DNA of 55,627 bases, counting the filler, from Bipalium vagum (taxonomy: Eukaryota): the NCBI GenBank assembly GCA_037834085.1. It is 3 parts of 3 records of this genome, joined end to end, with 100 filler letters (N's around TTAATTAATTAA, not from the genome) between each part and the next. Parts side by side here need not be neighbours in the genome. Positions count along the whole stretch, not along the records: positions 1 to 22,373 come from JBBMKC010222347.1; positions 22,474 to 38,996 come from JBBMKC010107104.1; 1 more part is not named here. One strand, 5' to 3'. Positions 12,091 through 26,575 of the stretch are shown here, piece by piece. The position numbers and the translations under genes are program-made. Position 1 is the first letter of the stretch; every line of letters starts with the position of its first letter. The notes under the pieces are model-generated. The model saw only the letters and a program-made list of their open reading frames with translations, did not search any database and was not told the origin of the DNA.

Positions 12091-13789
12091 TTTTTTGTTT
12101 TTTCGAATAAAAAACAACATATATATATATAGTAAGATTTTAAAATATTAAGAAAACATTTTGTTTGAGATAAAATATGATTGGAATACTGGGTTTACAA
12201 GTAAAATTTAAATAATATTAATTAAAATTTAATAATAATATAATATAATTATAATATTTAAAAATAATAAAACAGACATAATTACAATAAATATCCAGAA
12301 AATAATGTCATTCCTAAAATTAATGATTTCATTATAAAAATCATAAGCAACTGAAACTTAACCGAGTAATTCTACCATAATTTTTAATAATTAATAATAT
12401 TATTAATTATTTTAAATTTACTATTGATTGATTGATTATTTTCATTTATTGTTTGATTACTGTTATTATTTAACTATTGAAAAGTTTTTTATTTTGTTTA
12501 AAAAGATATGACTTAAAGTTGTCAATTGAACTCGAATCTAACCCGTGACTTATAGTTGGTGAAATAATCAGTTCAAGAACACAGAAGTTTTATTTGTTGA
12601 TAACAATTACAATATGTGTAAGACATGCAAAAATGTAAACATCAAATCAATTATAATTATTGTCAATGTCAATGTTTCTTCTACCGACTCAAAAGAAATA
12701 TCAATGTTCAACAAGAAACCCTATCAATAATATTCAAATTGTGGATGAAATGTGAAATCACGAAATCAATAATTCAAAAATATCAGTCTAATATGTTAAG
12801 CAGTTAAAATTCAATGGGATTAACAAAAGAAAAGTCTATGAAAGATGAAGATTTAAATGAAATGTTAATAATGATAATTGAAACAAACGAAAAGAAAACA
12901 AAAACAGAAAAGAAAATACTCTCACCTCTACTGAAAATCTAAGCCGAGCCCAACGGTTTACTCAGAGATGGCCGAGCTCCTGTGGAAAAAAAAGAAAAAA
13001 GACATTAAAGAAATCCTTGGCAAAAATGTTTCCGACAAACTTTGAATCAATTTAAATCTTCACCCAAGTCTTCCATATGGTCTTCTTTGTAAAATAAATC
13101 TTCAAGGTAAAATTCAGCACGTTAAATACTAATTATATAATTTTTTTTTATGCTTCTGTTGGGGTTTTTTTGACTTAACACATGAGAGCCAGCCAACCAA
13201 TCCTATCATTCGCTGTTCAAAATGATATATTATTTCTTCAAAAACACAATTATTACTAAATTGATATCAATCTTGTCTTTGGGAAAAATAAATTATCTTT
13301 TTTCTGCTGTTCTGTTCTTTATTGAGGATTTTGATTTATTGCTTTCCTTGTTATAAATAAGGGAATGGTTTATTATTTTTTTATAATTACGGGACTTCTT
13401 ATAATTATAAAATTATTTTTTATTTATTTCGATATCGTTGATTTGAGAATTTTCTGACAATTCGTGTTTCTGTGTAAATATATAAAACAGTAATGGTAGC
13501 CTTAAGTGCAAAAGAATTCAAAGACGTTTGGAAAGTCCGCAGTAGATTACCACAAATAGAACCAATTTCTTTATATAATAAAAAATATTTTAATTGAATT
13601 CTGTGAGCTGAGTGCAGAAAATTTGTTGAATACGACAATATTATTGCGAGATCAGTTTATAACATTCGGTTATACATTTTTCGGTTATATTTTTTAAATA
13701 TGATAATATACATTACTCTCTGATCCGGAGTGAGCTGGGTGTCATATTGGAAACCGTTAAGGACCCCGGTAACCTCAGTAAACATATGT

Positions 13790-14995
13790 CGAGTTATTAA
13801 AAACAATTAAACACTTACATTAAATTTCGGAAATTCAATTTCTTAGAAACATGTAAATTGAATATATTCTTATCGTGACCTCTAAAACGGGTTATTTAGT
13901 CTATAAACACCATTTCCAGGTTAGCATGTAATAGTTGAAATTGTAATATAATTACTTTCATTTTAGATAATGCATCAATTGTCGGGCATCAACTGAGTGT
14001 TGAAGAGCGAGTTCAGATCGTTGAAGTGAATTATTAATTAAACGCACGCATAACGATTTAAAGGATATGGAAACGGGAAATGATCATCACAATATTTAAC
14101 AAAGTCCTCAAAAATGGGAGAGTCAAATCTGGAATGCACCAAAAGCGGACGTCAACCAAGCAGCAATCGGAAAATTTTGGATGAAAAGACTAATCAGCTG
14201 TTCCAAGAAAAGCACAATACATCACTTAGACGGCTGCCAAATGAGTTTAATGCTTCACTTGAAGTAGTCTGTAAAGCAGTGAAGAAATTGCATTTTCAAC
14301 CATACATCTCCAGATTCATTTAGTCTTTGACAGAAGATGATTTAAAAGAGTTGAGTGGAGTTTTATAAAGAATCCATCACGCAAATTGACAGAAATATAA
14401 GTCTTTGTAACTTTATTTTGTTAAACGACATGGATAAAATTCTTATCAATGGCCGTGTGAACAGGAACAACAGCGTTTATTGGTCTGGGGATTTAATTTG
14501 AACATATATTTTATCTAGAAATGTGACTGGCACAAATTACTTGGCTATGTTGAAAGATTATTTTGGCATTACTATCGGCTTTCTCATTGCTCTTTATGGA
14601 AGATAGAACTTGTACACATTGGTCTTTAGCTATTCGAAAGTGACTATGGCCAAATTTTCCAGTAACGTGATTTGCCGAAGAGTACCTATTGATTAAATAC
14701 CGAGGTCATCGGATCTTACTCTGTGTACATTTTTGTATGGGAGTATATTAAAGCAATAGATTATACAGTATCAATTCTTTCATAGCAAGATTTGAAACAA
14801 AGAATCATTGATACATTTACCAACATGCCAACCGAATTTTGTGAAAAATCTTGCTTGTCTGTTTCTGGTAGATTATGTCGTTGCAAGGAAACTAAAAGAG
14901 AAAATTTTGAAAATAAGTAAATGTTGTATGTATGTTTTGTTTTCATATAAAAAATTATCAGTTATATTGAGGGGCTCTTTTGTTTTTTGCTCGTA
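13790..14995 (+). mobile_element. Decayed Tc1-like (DUF4817/HTH-type) transposon
   Basis: HQLSVEERVQIV, KSGRQ, TSLRRL, LHFQPYI, INGRVNRNNSVYWS, VTGTNYLAML and PRSSDLTLC occur in colinear order. Many stops; ends approximate. Confidence 0.85.
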
Positions 14996-15904
14996 AAGTT
15001 GTAAAGTTAATTAATTGATACCTTTTATATATGTGTGTTTTTTTCTTTTTCTTCGTAGCATTAATATTAATTTTTTAAAAACTTATTGGCTTAGCATTTT
15101 GAGTCGATTAATGGAGTTCATACATTTTAATTCTGTTTAAAGGGTATAAGACTATTATGGAAGCCAGGTGTGACTATTGATTCTTACCAAAAGGTCAAAA
15201 TGTTAAATTTTCAAATTTGGTAATACAATTTGCATTGCACAATAACCTTAAGATCAGCTTGTTCTTGTTTTATTTTTGATTTTCTGAACATGGTACTCAT
15301 TCTGGTAGAATTTCATTATTGATTTCTTAGGTCCCCTGAGCCAGAAAGAAGCTTTTTTCTTAATCGAAATAAAATAAATTTTTAATGTCCATAATATATA
15401 TTATTAAGATCAAATTGTATAATAAAAAGTATTTCTATGGTATTCTGTGGTAATATGTTATAAAATTTCCCGATCTCTTGGAATATCACTTAAAGGAATA
15501 ACACCCATTTCTTCTATCTTTAGTAAAGAAATTCTGTAAATTTAGGAACATTTCTTCAAAAAATTATTTGAACTTGAATGAAGGGTCTTTTATGAACTAA
15601 AGGTATTTCACTATACGATATATACTTATTACTTAAATCAATTTTTCTTACACTTTAAAACATTATTTTAATAGAACAATTCTTCTGATATCTTTACTTG
15701 ATTTCACGTCTTTCAAGATTGTTTTTATTTTTATAAAAATGTACACCAATTAAATTAATAATTGTTCAAATTATTATTTGAAATCATATAATTATAATAA
15801 TTATACTGTATTGAAAATATCTGTTTAATTAATTTTTCCGTTTAATACTATTACTTTTAATGTTACTATTTTTATTTTTAGTATTTTTCTTATTTTTTTC
15901 AGCA

Positions 15905-15907
<3 letters not shown>

Positions 15908-15940
<33 letters not shown>

Positions 15941-15969
15941 GATTATGATTTATTATTATTACTATTATT
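15908..15969. repeat. (TTA)n microsatellite with degenerate tail
   Basis: Trinucleotide run. Confidence 0.9.
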
Positions 15970-16576
15970 AGAAGCTTGACATCCTATCCAAAAATAAAAT
16001 AAGAATATCACTTAATTTAAGAATTGATAAAAAAGGTATTAGGTAGAATATTGGATAAAATGTCAAGACTAAAACTAAGCAAAACAGAAGCACAAAATAA
16101 TAACTTTGCTCACTCACTCAGCTAGACATCATTCGGTCGAGTAGAGAATTACATAGAAATGGTTATTTGTCCATCATGAATGAAATCTTAAGCTTATATT
16201 CTGTAATTTTAATATAATATTTTTCAAAGATTCTCTGGTACTGTAAAGCAATCTTTTAGCATAATCAAATATTTCCTACAATCTCCTTAAAAATATATTC
16301 TTCAAAAAATCAAATATCTCGTTCAATCAATTTTCTCAAATATATTTTCAATATAAACACGAAAGAACAATTTTAGAGAATTGCTAGACCCTTTATACTT
16401 TTTCTAATCTTTTTGAATAACCTATCCCGTCGTTGACTGGTGTCGTTCATGGAAGAAATCCTCCAAATTTTTTTTCAAATTCTTAAGTGGCTTCTAATTA
16501 CCAATGATCTTTACCACTTAAGGAGGTTTTCTAAGTTGAGTCTATTTGTGAAGTATCTTAAATAATAAGCTAATAA

Positions 16577-18072
16577 CACTACTCTACAAATTTAAACTTT
16601 TTTGTATCTGAAACGGCATTATGATAATATAGTATTTTTTGCAGCTGATTACGAATATGAAGATTTTTTTTGGTTTTCCAATGAGCTTTTTTATTTATGA
16701 ATATTTGTGGTATTGTTACGCTTTAGGAGCCAGCAGTAGTCTGCCATCATGCTGACATTTTATCTGCCCTGATACCTCTTCTCCATAATGGCTATGTCTT
16801 ATTGAAATCGTTCACCCTGCTCCTCGCTAAAGGCTCCAATGTTGCTAGGAAAATAATTCAGGTGTGAATTTTAAAAAAATGTATTTTTATACTCATTCTA
16901 TATCCTAGGACTTGAAAATCTTGGATCATATTTCTGACTAAATTTTCGTAATCATTCGACTTTTGGTTTCCTAAACAATTATGAACTACCTTAACAAATG
17001 AATTTCAGGTATTAAGTTCTATCGGATTCAACTTCTAAGAAAATTTTTTATCTTTTATCAATTGTCGAATTTGAGGAATTATGAAAATGCTCTCTTTCAA
17101 CTTTGCATCACTTATTTGTGGAAATTTGTTGGATAGGTATTCAAATGCGGCACCATTTTTATTTATGTTCTTTATAAATTCTTCATCATTCCTAACTTGA
17201 TATTTACTGGAGGTAGCAAGACCTTTTCTGCCTCTATCAATGGTATTGGTTTGATGCTATGTTTACCAGGTATAAATTCAATTCTATTCGGCCAATATTT
17301 TCTTGAGTAATGTTCAGAGTCTGCTCTACTGTACCACAGACACAGAAAGCATGAGAATTTTGAATAGCCACTTTGAAGGCCTAACAAAATCGCAATGACT
17401 TTCAAATCGCCGCAGATCGGCCATTTATGTTCTTTGTAGTTAATACATAGTAAAGGAATGCGCAATTGGAAGTGATGAAAAATTGCTGCCATTGTAGAGA
17501 AGAACAGCTTTAAAGGTGCGCTTTGAAGCATCGATAAACAGTCTCCACTCAACAGCATTGTAATCCAAACCCATATACCATATTAATGTCATAGAATCGT
17601 CAGAGAAGCACTGGAATAATTACAATGAATTTCTATGAGATTTTATTGAATAATTAAAGTAGTTTTACTGAAATTGTATAGTAATTTTTGTAAGAAACTT
17701 TAATCTAGATACATATTTGAATGATGAGGTTGAAATGCTCAAAAGAATAATTTCTTTTAAATTTTACTTTCAGAAAGAAAAAAATAACAGTAACCATATA
17801 AATACATTTTTGGCAGCTATTGGAATGAGTTTTTCTGTTTTTTGAGAAATCGATGAAAACTCACGTAATCATTAAATATAATAAAGTTTCATCACAAATC
17901 AAAGAGAGAATGGTAGACTGACTGAAAATTTCGTAATTATCACTTTTTTATTAATTAATAAAATGGTAACATAAGAAAAATCCTTAATACATTTTCTCAA
18001 AGAAGCGAGGAGTAATTCGTAGGATTTGTCTACTTCTCTACAGCACTTAATTTAGATTCTTTGATTTCAGTA
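16577..18072 (-). mobile_element. Chapaev3-type (CMC) DNA transposon remnant with pseudogenised transposase
   Basis: Minus-strand ICGDLKVIAILLGLQSGYSKFSCFLCLWYSRA...VLLPPVNIKLGMMKN (ORF 17172..17558) and HLNYFPSNIGAFSEEQGERFQ*DIAIMEKRYQGR*NVSMMADYCW. Terminus TAA-CACT at 16577. The right boundary is approximate. Confidence 0.85.
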
Positions 18073-18425
18073 ATGCTTATTATAATTAATTATTGATATC
18101 AATTTCAGTGTTCTTAGCAAAATATTATTCTTGTGAAAATATTACGCTAGTAATAATAATATACAATTTCAATTATTCCAAATTACTGCATTTTATTTTT
18201 TCTTTCTTCTTTCATGTCAGCTATTTTTTTATCAGTTAAATTTTTAATTTAATTAGCAAAAATATTGTTTTTATCTTACTTCGTCCATGAGGAACCATCG
18301 GAGAAATATTTGCATTTTAATTATAAATTCAACAATATTTCCCATCTCAAATTTGGATAATTTCTTTAACATTCATTCTTACGAAAGATTCAAAAACTAA
18401 TGAATTCTCTCATAAAATTTATCTT

Positions 18426-18560
18426 NNNNNNNNNNNNNNNNNNNNNNNNNNNNNNNNNNNNNNNNNNNNNNNNNNNNNNNNNNNNNNNNNNNNNNNNNNN
18501 NNNNNNNNNNNNNNNNNNNNNNNNNNNNNNNNNNNNNNNNNNNNNNNNNNNNNNNNNNNN
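18426..18560. other. Assembly gap (135 N)
   Basis: Run of N. Confidence 1.
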
Positions 18561-18640
18561 AATGAAATTTGGATTTTATTGTCTTTTCAGTAAACTAAAT
18601 TATTGTCTAAATAATAATAAATAAAGTTTAAATATCAATA

Positions 18641-19674
18641 TACGTGTGGGCTTAGAGAGTTAGTTGATTCGAGTACTTTAAGTATATCTGCATTTTATAA
18701 CTGACAATCACAAAATTCGAGATAGAGTGACTATAAATAATTTGAATCTAAATTAATGAGTTTGTTATTCTCGGGAACATTATCGTTTGATGATTTGCTC
18801 TGTTTTATATGCGGCCTTACACAAAACCAATATCTAGATCGAATTTTTTTTCTTTCGGAATTAAGCACCATCTAAGACCTGAATTTACAATTGGTTCACA
18901 AAATTCCAGTATGGACGAAGTCGTACATCAATGTTCATTCCGTAATATGGATTATGTGCGTGAAACTATCGAAAGAGACATATCACTTATTGTGGAGTTG
19001 AAATTATCCCTTTATATTGACTTAAAAACAATTAAGACTCTTTTGTACTACCAGAAGGTATGGAAACTTTGCAGTCGATGGATTCCATAAACATTAACAA
19101 CTTCTGAAAAAGAATGTCACGCTAAATGGTTGCCAAAAATTAATCCAAAAGTTTTATTAAATTGACATCTTCACCGGTGATGATTTATTTATCTGATCCT
19201 GAAAGTAAGCAACTATCCTATCTTTGAATGAAATAAATGTGAATGCAAACAAATAAAAGTTGTTCGTTATCCCAGTACTGCAAAGAAAATGAGTACTTTT
19301 TCTTCTAATATGTCACAACGATAACTTTAGAGAATCGAAGAACTATCAGTGTTAAATGATATACAACAATTGCTGCCATCAGTGATTTCCAAAATTAGGG
19401 AGAATAATCGAAATCGAAAAATTAATGTGCATCATGACATCGCCAATTATCGATTGTTGTTCTAAAATTTCAAGAAAAAGCAGCTATTGCAAAATTCTAT
19501 GTTTTGGTATCAGAAGTCCCAACTTCAAAATGGAAAATATACTTTGAACGTTGGATCAATCTTATCCTAAAGTGTATTGGTTTCAAAGACGGCTTTTTGA
19601 AAAAAATAATGATTTTTGTTTGATTTTTTATTTTTAACTACTAGATCTCACAAGCTTACCCAGCAACCCATGTA
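18641..19674 (+). mobile_element. Decayed mariner element
   Basis: KLCSRWIP*TL (WVPHEL equivalent), DIFTGDD and VHHDIA. Degenerate TIRs TACGTGTGGGCT... and ...AGCAACCCATGTA. Confidence 0.8.
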
Positions 19675-20674
19675 TTCGTTAATTTGTAAAATAATAAATT
19701 ATATAACCATAATGAAAGAAAATTGTATCCTAATTTTTTTTATTACATATTCTACAATATGTACGATTTTGGCTAATTATCTCTCTGAAATTTACCTTCA
19801 AATTAGGAAGAAAAGGACAAATATCGTTTCAATTCTTGGAAAATCTTCGTATAAGTGTACTGATCAACCAGAAATCCCCAATTGCGTAACAATTTCAAAA
19901 CCCCCATAAGTATGCGATATCATGAAATCAGTGTTGTGGAGTTTCAATATTCATTACAGCACAGGTATTGATATTGAAAACGGTTTCAGAAGGTAAGAAG
20001 TAAGAGATACATTGACCAAAAAAAAATAATAAATACATTAATTTTTAATAAATAATACATGATATATAAGAGGAACGAAACAGACGTGGAAAAATATTAA
20101 ATGTAAAATTCAATTAGAAAATTATATGGAAATAAAAATAAATTAAACAAAACGAGAATGTCATCATTATCAAACGAAAGATTATTTTTGATAAAGAACA
20201 AGAATTTTTTATTAATTTTTTTATCCAGTTTTTTTCCTTTTTTCTTTTTTATTAGTCAATTATTAATTACTGGAGATTTTACTAATCCTCGTATAAGCCG
20301 AATTCACGAGTATCAAATCGTTATTAAGGTATCTCAGTTACAGACAGATTATTGTCATCACCTTTGCACTCAAGCTTTAATCTACTCTGCCAGGCTTATT
20401 CTTATAACATCGCTCTTTGAAAAAACAGGAAAAAATTTGAAAAAAGATTTATTTTAAATGAGGAAAGCTTCAGTTTAGAATATTTGTGTACAGTGAAATA
20501 AAATCAGATTTTAATAATCAAAGAGCTATATAAAGTTATATGACAATGTTGGGATGAGAGAAAGAGAGAGCGAGAGAGTAAACTAAAACCTTATTTAGAG
20601 AAGGCGTTAATTTTTCATACTTTTCCTTTTATTAAATGGTATTTCATAGGACCTAAATCCTTTTTATAAGGATA

Positions 20675-22003
20675 TTAGGTCTTTAATTGTCTTTCGTTCA
20701 CTTTCATAATTTATATCTGACGTTTCTCCATCGGTTAAGACAGTGTTGTTTTGAAAAGTATAAGATAGTTTTTAATTTTAGCTCATGTTAATAACAATAT
20801 CAGGTAGAGTAATAATTAATGTCGTTTTCTCTACATTCATTTTAAAAATGTTTGTGTCAAAAATGTATTAACATAACCTCTTGGAAAGTTAAAGATACAA
20901 TTAGCTCTATATATAAATTTACTACACAAAGATATTTTATTGATTTATTTTAATCAGTTTTATTTGAATTTTAGAATGGTGAATGAAAAGCATATCAGAT
21001 GCTTTATCAATCCCAGTTAGAAAGAAAGGCAACCGAAGTTGCAAAGAAAATCTGTATCGCTATTGGTCAAGGTGTTTGATGACAGAAAATGTCAGTATTG
21101 GTTTAAAAAAATTACTCGAGGACAATTTTTTGTTGGATGACGAAACTGGTCGAGGAAGTGAACCAAGTTTTGATCAGCATTCTCTTGAAGCTATGTTTGT
21201 TAAAAATCCTCAAATCTAACAAGACCTTGTCACATCTTTAAATTGTTCCTATAAAACCATTTACAATCAGTTGATATAACTTGGAAAAATTCTAAAAATT
21301 TGATAATGGATTCCTCACAAATTATTGGAAATCAATCGTATTCTGAGAATCACAATTTACACTTCAATTTTATTAGGTCAAAATCGTTTTCCATTTTTCG
21401 AGTAAATTGTTACCGGAGATGAAAAATGAGTACTTTACCTTATTCTGAAAAGGCGACCGCCATAAAAGTGACACACCACAGCTCACCAAAGTCAGACTTG
21501 CCTCCGAAAACAGTATTTGTTGGAATTTCATTAGAATTATCTATTTTTAACTTTTTCCAGCCAACCAAACCATTACAAGCGAATTCTATTGTGCTCAATT
21601 GGAAAGACTAAGTCAAGTTTAAAAAAAACTATACTTGTAAATCGAAAGAGTGTAATTCTTCATCGGGACAATGCACGACTACATTGTACAAGAATCCCAG
21701 TGGAAAAAAGTACGCGAGTTAGGACGAGGACTTCTGTCTCAGCTCAGTTATTCTCCGGATATTCATCCGAATATCAATTATTTCATTTCTTACAAAATTC
21801 TCTTGCTATAATATAATGAACTGATTTTTTCGATCGAAATCCACAGAGTTCTAGAATAGCGGAATTAAGGAGCTCCCTGAACAGTGGTTGAAAATGATTG
21901 AAGACAAAGAAAACTATATTGTTGATTAAATTCTGTAATTTGTATTAATAAATAAAGTAATAATAAATTTTTCAAAAATGATATTAATTATTACTAGACC
22001 TGA
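20675..22003 (+). mobile_element. Near full-length decayed mariner (about 1.33 kb)
   Basis: TA-TTAGGTCT ... AGACCTGA-TA ends. Motifs WIPHKL, IVTGDEK, LHRDNARLH, SPDI and YQLFHFLQNSL are in order. Stops and frameshifts. Confidence 0.9.
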
Positions 22004-22373
22004 TAAATTCTATGAACCAAGCTGTTTTTCTTTATTAATTTTTTATGCTACATGTTTTGGAAACACATAAATGAAAGAGAATTTAACCATTTTCATAATT
22101 TAAAATTATAAAAGAGACGTCTGAATCAATAGAATAATAAAAATACTGTATTAGGATGATAGTAAAATATACTATCAGCCAACAGGAGTAATAATGTGAA
22201 ATAATTATAAAATAATTATCCTGGAGTCTCTGGATATTTACAGAAATTAGGGATTTATGAAAGAGATATTGTCAAGTCAAAAAATAGTAGATATATACCC
22301 CCGTGCAAAAGTCTGAGTACACCTATAAAAATCATGAATTTTAAACATTTATTATTATTTTAGTAAAAAATCA

Positions 22374-22473
22374 NNNNNNNNNNNNNNNNNNNNNNNNNNN
22401 NNNNNNNNNNNNNNNNNTTAATTAATTAANNNNNNNNNNNNNNNNNNNNNNNNNNNNNNNNNNNNNNNNNNNN
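22374..22473. other. Artificial 100-bp scaffold spacer (44N + TTAATTAATTAA + 44N)
   Basis: Exact 44/12/44 structure; the 12-mer puts stop codons in all six frames. Confidence 0.97.
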
Positions 22474-23452
22474 TTATATTCATTTTTCGTAAAAATAATA
22501 TTCAGAAAAAAATATAAGACTTTTACAATAGGGAGTTATTTATCAATCACCCTGTATATTATACAAAACACAGCATATTTTTAATCATTAATAACAAGAA
22601 AATATTTTATTTTAATTACATAACAATAAATTATTTTTTTTTATATATTATATTTTTTACTTAACTTAATTCTTATTTGAATATGAGTAATTAAATTTTT
22701 TTTTCAAAATGCACTGTAATTAATTTTAATTTTTTAAAAATCTGTAAAAATTCTGTTGAAAACGTTATAGAAATTTTTTAAAATTTCATCAATATATAAA
22801 ATTCATTATTAAACACGCTTACATTTAAAATTATTTATTAAAAAGTTAAATCTTTAATTTAGAAAATATTTTTTTTCAGAATATCTTAGAAAATTATTTT
22901 TCATATTTAATAGTAAAGATTTATAATTTAATTCTGCTGTAAAGGGTCAGATCTTCAAGAGGCTTCTTATCTTATTAAAACAGTTATGAAAAATTCCTTT
23001 GATTATTGATTGAATTCGCTGAAGATCATTCAATAATAATTAATTTATAAAAATGCAGACAAGAATTAAATTATATTTCGTGAGGTTGTTTGAAAATTGA
23101 TCCTTTCAATTTGATAAAAAAGTATGTTTCAAATTCTTTCACTTATTTTACAGTTTATAGTGAATCTTAATGTTTAATATAACAAATAATTTTAATCAAA
23201 TTATTTAATATTTAAATATATTTTATTTCATTTTCAACAAAGTTCATTCATAATCCATTTTAGTATGATTATTTTAAATATTTTTGAAAATGTATTAAAA
23301 ATAATTTTTCTTCATTCACTAAATTAACATTTAAAAGAAATATAATTAATATTATGTAAACCTCACCTCAATTGTTTATTTTAACATAAAAAAATACAAT
23401 GATGGTAAAAAATATTTGTACTCTTCACTTTGAAAGCTGAATTAGGTATGTG

Positions 23453-23631
23453 TAGGGTGTTCAAAAAAACCGCGTTTGAAATATTTCTGAAAAGTGAAAA
23501 AATTATAAATAAAGTGAACAAGTATACATATACAAAAAACAAGTATACATACTTTTATATAAGTTGTTCTGTTGGATTTTTTTGAATATTTAAGAATTTT
23601 AAAAAGTGCTCTTTTTATTTGAAACACCTTA
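23453..23631. mobile_element. Tc1/mariner-type MITE (about 180 bp)
   Basis: TAGGGTGTTCAAAAAAA versus the right-end reverse complement TAAGGTGTTTCAAATAAAA; no coding capacity. Confidence 0.6.
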
Positions 23632-25899
23632 TATTATCTGAGTCTTTTAAGTTTTCATATCGATACCAACATCGTATCTAACAATTTATATGCCTTTCAT
23701 TATTATAAATTATGGCTTAACGTCGCCTAGGTATATTCCACTAAGATTTGTATAGTTTAAAATGCTATTTCAGATTTCACAGAACCCTTATTTAGTTCGG
23801 GATGACAATTTTTTGACGAATTGCAAAAAAGCAAATCTGGTAAATGTGACAGAGTACCCAATATTTTTCTAGCCTTATATAACAAAAATTCCTTGGTTAT
23901 TTTAGCAATAACCTTCGGATAATTGTCCTGTTAAAATTATTTTCTTCTAAAATAATGTTTCTATTATGATAATTTTAAAAAGTTTGACGAAAAGTTTTTT
24001 TGGTTTGATCATTGTGGTAATTAACATTGTTTGAATTTGCTATTAGAATATTTTTCAAGAGATATTCTAACACAAACTGTGCTTCAAAAATGAGAAAGTT
24101 CATATGAAACATATTTATCCAACTTTTTCAAATTTCCTATCTGAACTAAAATTATTTTGATACAGATATAAATTAAATCAAATTTAAAATAGATCAAAAA
24201 AATAAAATAAAACACTGTCAAAGTCAGTATTAGATAACGGAATTTAATTTTTAAAAGCAGGGGTTGAAAATTTGAACTTAGTTTTATTGATTAACACTTT
24301 GAATTTCCTAAGCAAGATGATAAAATAGTTATAAGGTGAGATTTTATTATTCTAATTTCAACCCTATTTTCAATGTCACAATACAATTGGTATACGTCAT
24401 AATTTATTTATATACAATTCAATACTATTTGAGTCTAGATAAAAGAAAAAATGGCTTTAACTGTCTTGATGAATAATTAATAGTTTTCATTGAGGAATAT
24501 GATTTGTCAAATTTTTGTATTTGATACTAAATTTTCAGATTATTTTATATTTTTACAAATTATTGATATGAATTGATTTTCACATCAATATACATTAAGA
24601 ATTATGATTGGAAAATTTTAATTAAATACGATAAACAGATATTTTAAATTTTTTGAAATAATTTATTAAAATTTAAAATTTGATTTTAAAAAAAAAGATA
24701 ATTTAATTAAATTAAATTTTTTTAAGTAGCTGCAATGTTTTACATTTTTTTTATAATTAAAGTTATTCAATAGGTAAATCAAATAATAAATTTAATATGG
24801 ATGAAATACATATAAAATACCAAAAATTTCTGTTTGTTTAAATTAACCATTAATTCCAAAACATAATTCTTAAAATGTAAAATAAAATATAGTAATTGTG
24901 TAATACATTATTTAGTATAAATATTGCGTCGACAAGTATGAAATTTGTAGGTCATACATTATCAATATAATTATATGATTCTAGATTTATTATAGTTGAT
25001 GTGCCTGAAAAAATTTTGTTTAAGTTAAATATTTAAATCAATTAACTAACATTTTTAAAATTTAAAATTTTTTAATTTAATTTAAAAATACTTAAATAAT
25101 ATAGTAATTATGGTATTATTATATGAAAAAGAATGTTAAAGTAAGACAATTTATATATATCCATCTATATATGAATTGAGGATAATTTTTTTCGATGAAA
25201 GCCAGTGTATCAATTTTTTGTTGGGTCGGAATATTTTTAAAAAATAATAAAAATATGTCAATTTTGTGCTAAACCTTTAAAACCTAAAATGAATAAAGAT
25301 TTGTGGAGATGTACAGATTATAAATGCTACTAGACCTCTATTATTATGCCAATGTGTAACTGGATTAATTTGAAATCGATCTCTGAAAGACTTGGATCAT
25401 TCCAAATGATCACAATTGAATGAAAATAGAGAATTCCATTTATCATTTCAAGACTTTTCATTAACAATTTGTCTTTTAAATGATAGTACGACCATATTAA
25501 ACAGCTCATAGACATGGTTTCCTCCAAAATTATGGATAAAAGCTTTACTCTAAAATTCTTGCAGAACGGAATCAATGAGCATCACGGGATCCCATTAATA
25601 AATTATTCGCCGGTGATTGTTTACCGTTGTGAGTATATCGCTTATACAGAGATTTACTGAGTTCTGCTTTTCTTGAAGATATTTCATTTCGTAATTTAGT
25701 TGAGATTCTTTTCTGATGAAAATATTATTTCTGAAAAAATATTACTTTTTTATTATCAACAATCATGAAATGTGGCCGTAAAGAGAACCATATTTCGTTC
25801 TCTAAATTAAAAAAATTTCAAAATTAAATAAGCAAATTTATTAAATTTACTTTATATAAACAATAGGTGACCTTCAAATTTTCAGGTACCTAGTTTATA

Positions 25900-26575
25900 T
25901 ATTAACCTAAATTTCCCATATATTACAAAGATCTAAATATTATAAGGACATCTCAATTTAGAAAATAAATCGGGGTTTATAGCGATGTGCTACTCAAACT
26001 TTCAGGAAAACTTTTTCTATCAGAAAGAAATCATTCTTCGAATACAGTCTTGAAATAGATAAAAGCAAACCATTCTTCAAAATCTCTTGGTAACATGCGG
26101 CATTTATCTTTTTGTCAGTGACATTTACCAGCACTCCCACACCTTAATGGCTGAAGCAGCCACAAAAAATAATCCAATCATTAAATTTCGATGTTTTTGC
26201 AAAACATTCCGGTAGGAATGCTTCATTTGATCTTCTGATACATATTTCTGGTCGATCTGACAATAAACAAAACATATATTCGTCAGACTAAATCACCGAC
26301 ATTTTTAAACATCTGCCATACCTTTAATAAATACCTAAAGTAATATGATTATTCCTGCGGACAATTACATAAAAAACGCATATCTTTACATAAAATTTGT
26401 ATCCAAACACTTCACGTGAAATTAAATTTTAAATCTGTGTACTGACTTTAGTTACTAATGTCCTACAACATGCAAAAGACCAATTCTGATTATCTTCAAA
26501 ATTGTTAATTTTATAGAAATTTTAATAAAAAATTATTGAAATTTTAAGATATTAACTTTTTTCTGGATCGTAGTG
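25900..26575 (-). mobile_element. Decayed Tc1 (DD34E-like) element
   Basis: Minus-strand SDE, IRRSNEAFLPECFAKTSKF..IIFCGCFSH*GVGVL..KINAACYQEILKNGLL. TIR-like TA-CACTACGATCCAGAAAAAAGT at the 26575 end. Left boundary approximate. Confidence 0.75.

Noticed and set aside
12560-12810. Cys-rich CKTCK / CKH / CQCQC segment suggesting a SWIM zinc finger of a MULE
   Set aside because: Spacing does not fit cleanly and no other transposase motifs were recognised.
15300-15500. Minus-strand SFWLRGP resembling the BEL/Pao W-x-x-G-P motif
   Set aside because: A single short motif with no RT, RNase H, integrase or LTR support.
18279-18301. Second hammerhead-like string on the minus strand (CCGATGG-TTCC-TCAT-GGAC-GAAG)
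   Set aside because: Several invariant core positions are wrong (CCGAUGG for CUGAUGA, GAAG for GAAA) and there are no stems I or III.
22418-22429. TTAATTAATTAA palindrome between N runs (also 39041-39052)
   Set aside because: Artificial six-frame-stop linker, not biological sequence.
25330-25730. GC-richer block with an 81-aa ORF and a possible acceptor
   Set aside because: No recognisable homology in the frames I read; it cannot be distinguished from a decayed repeat.
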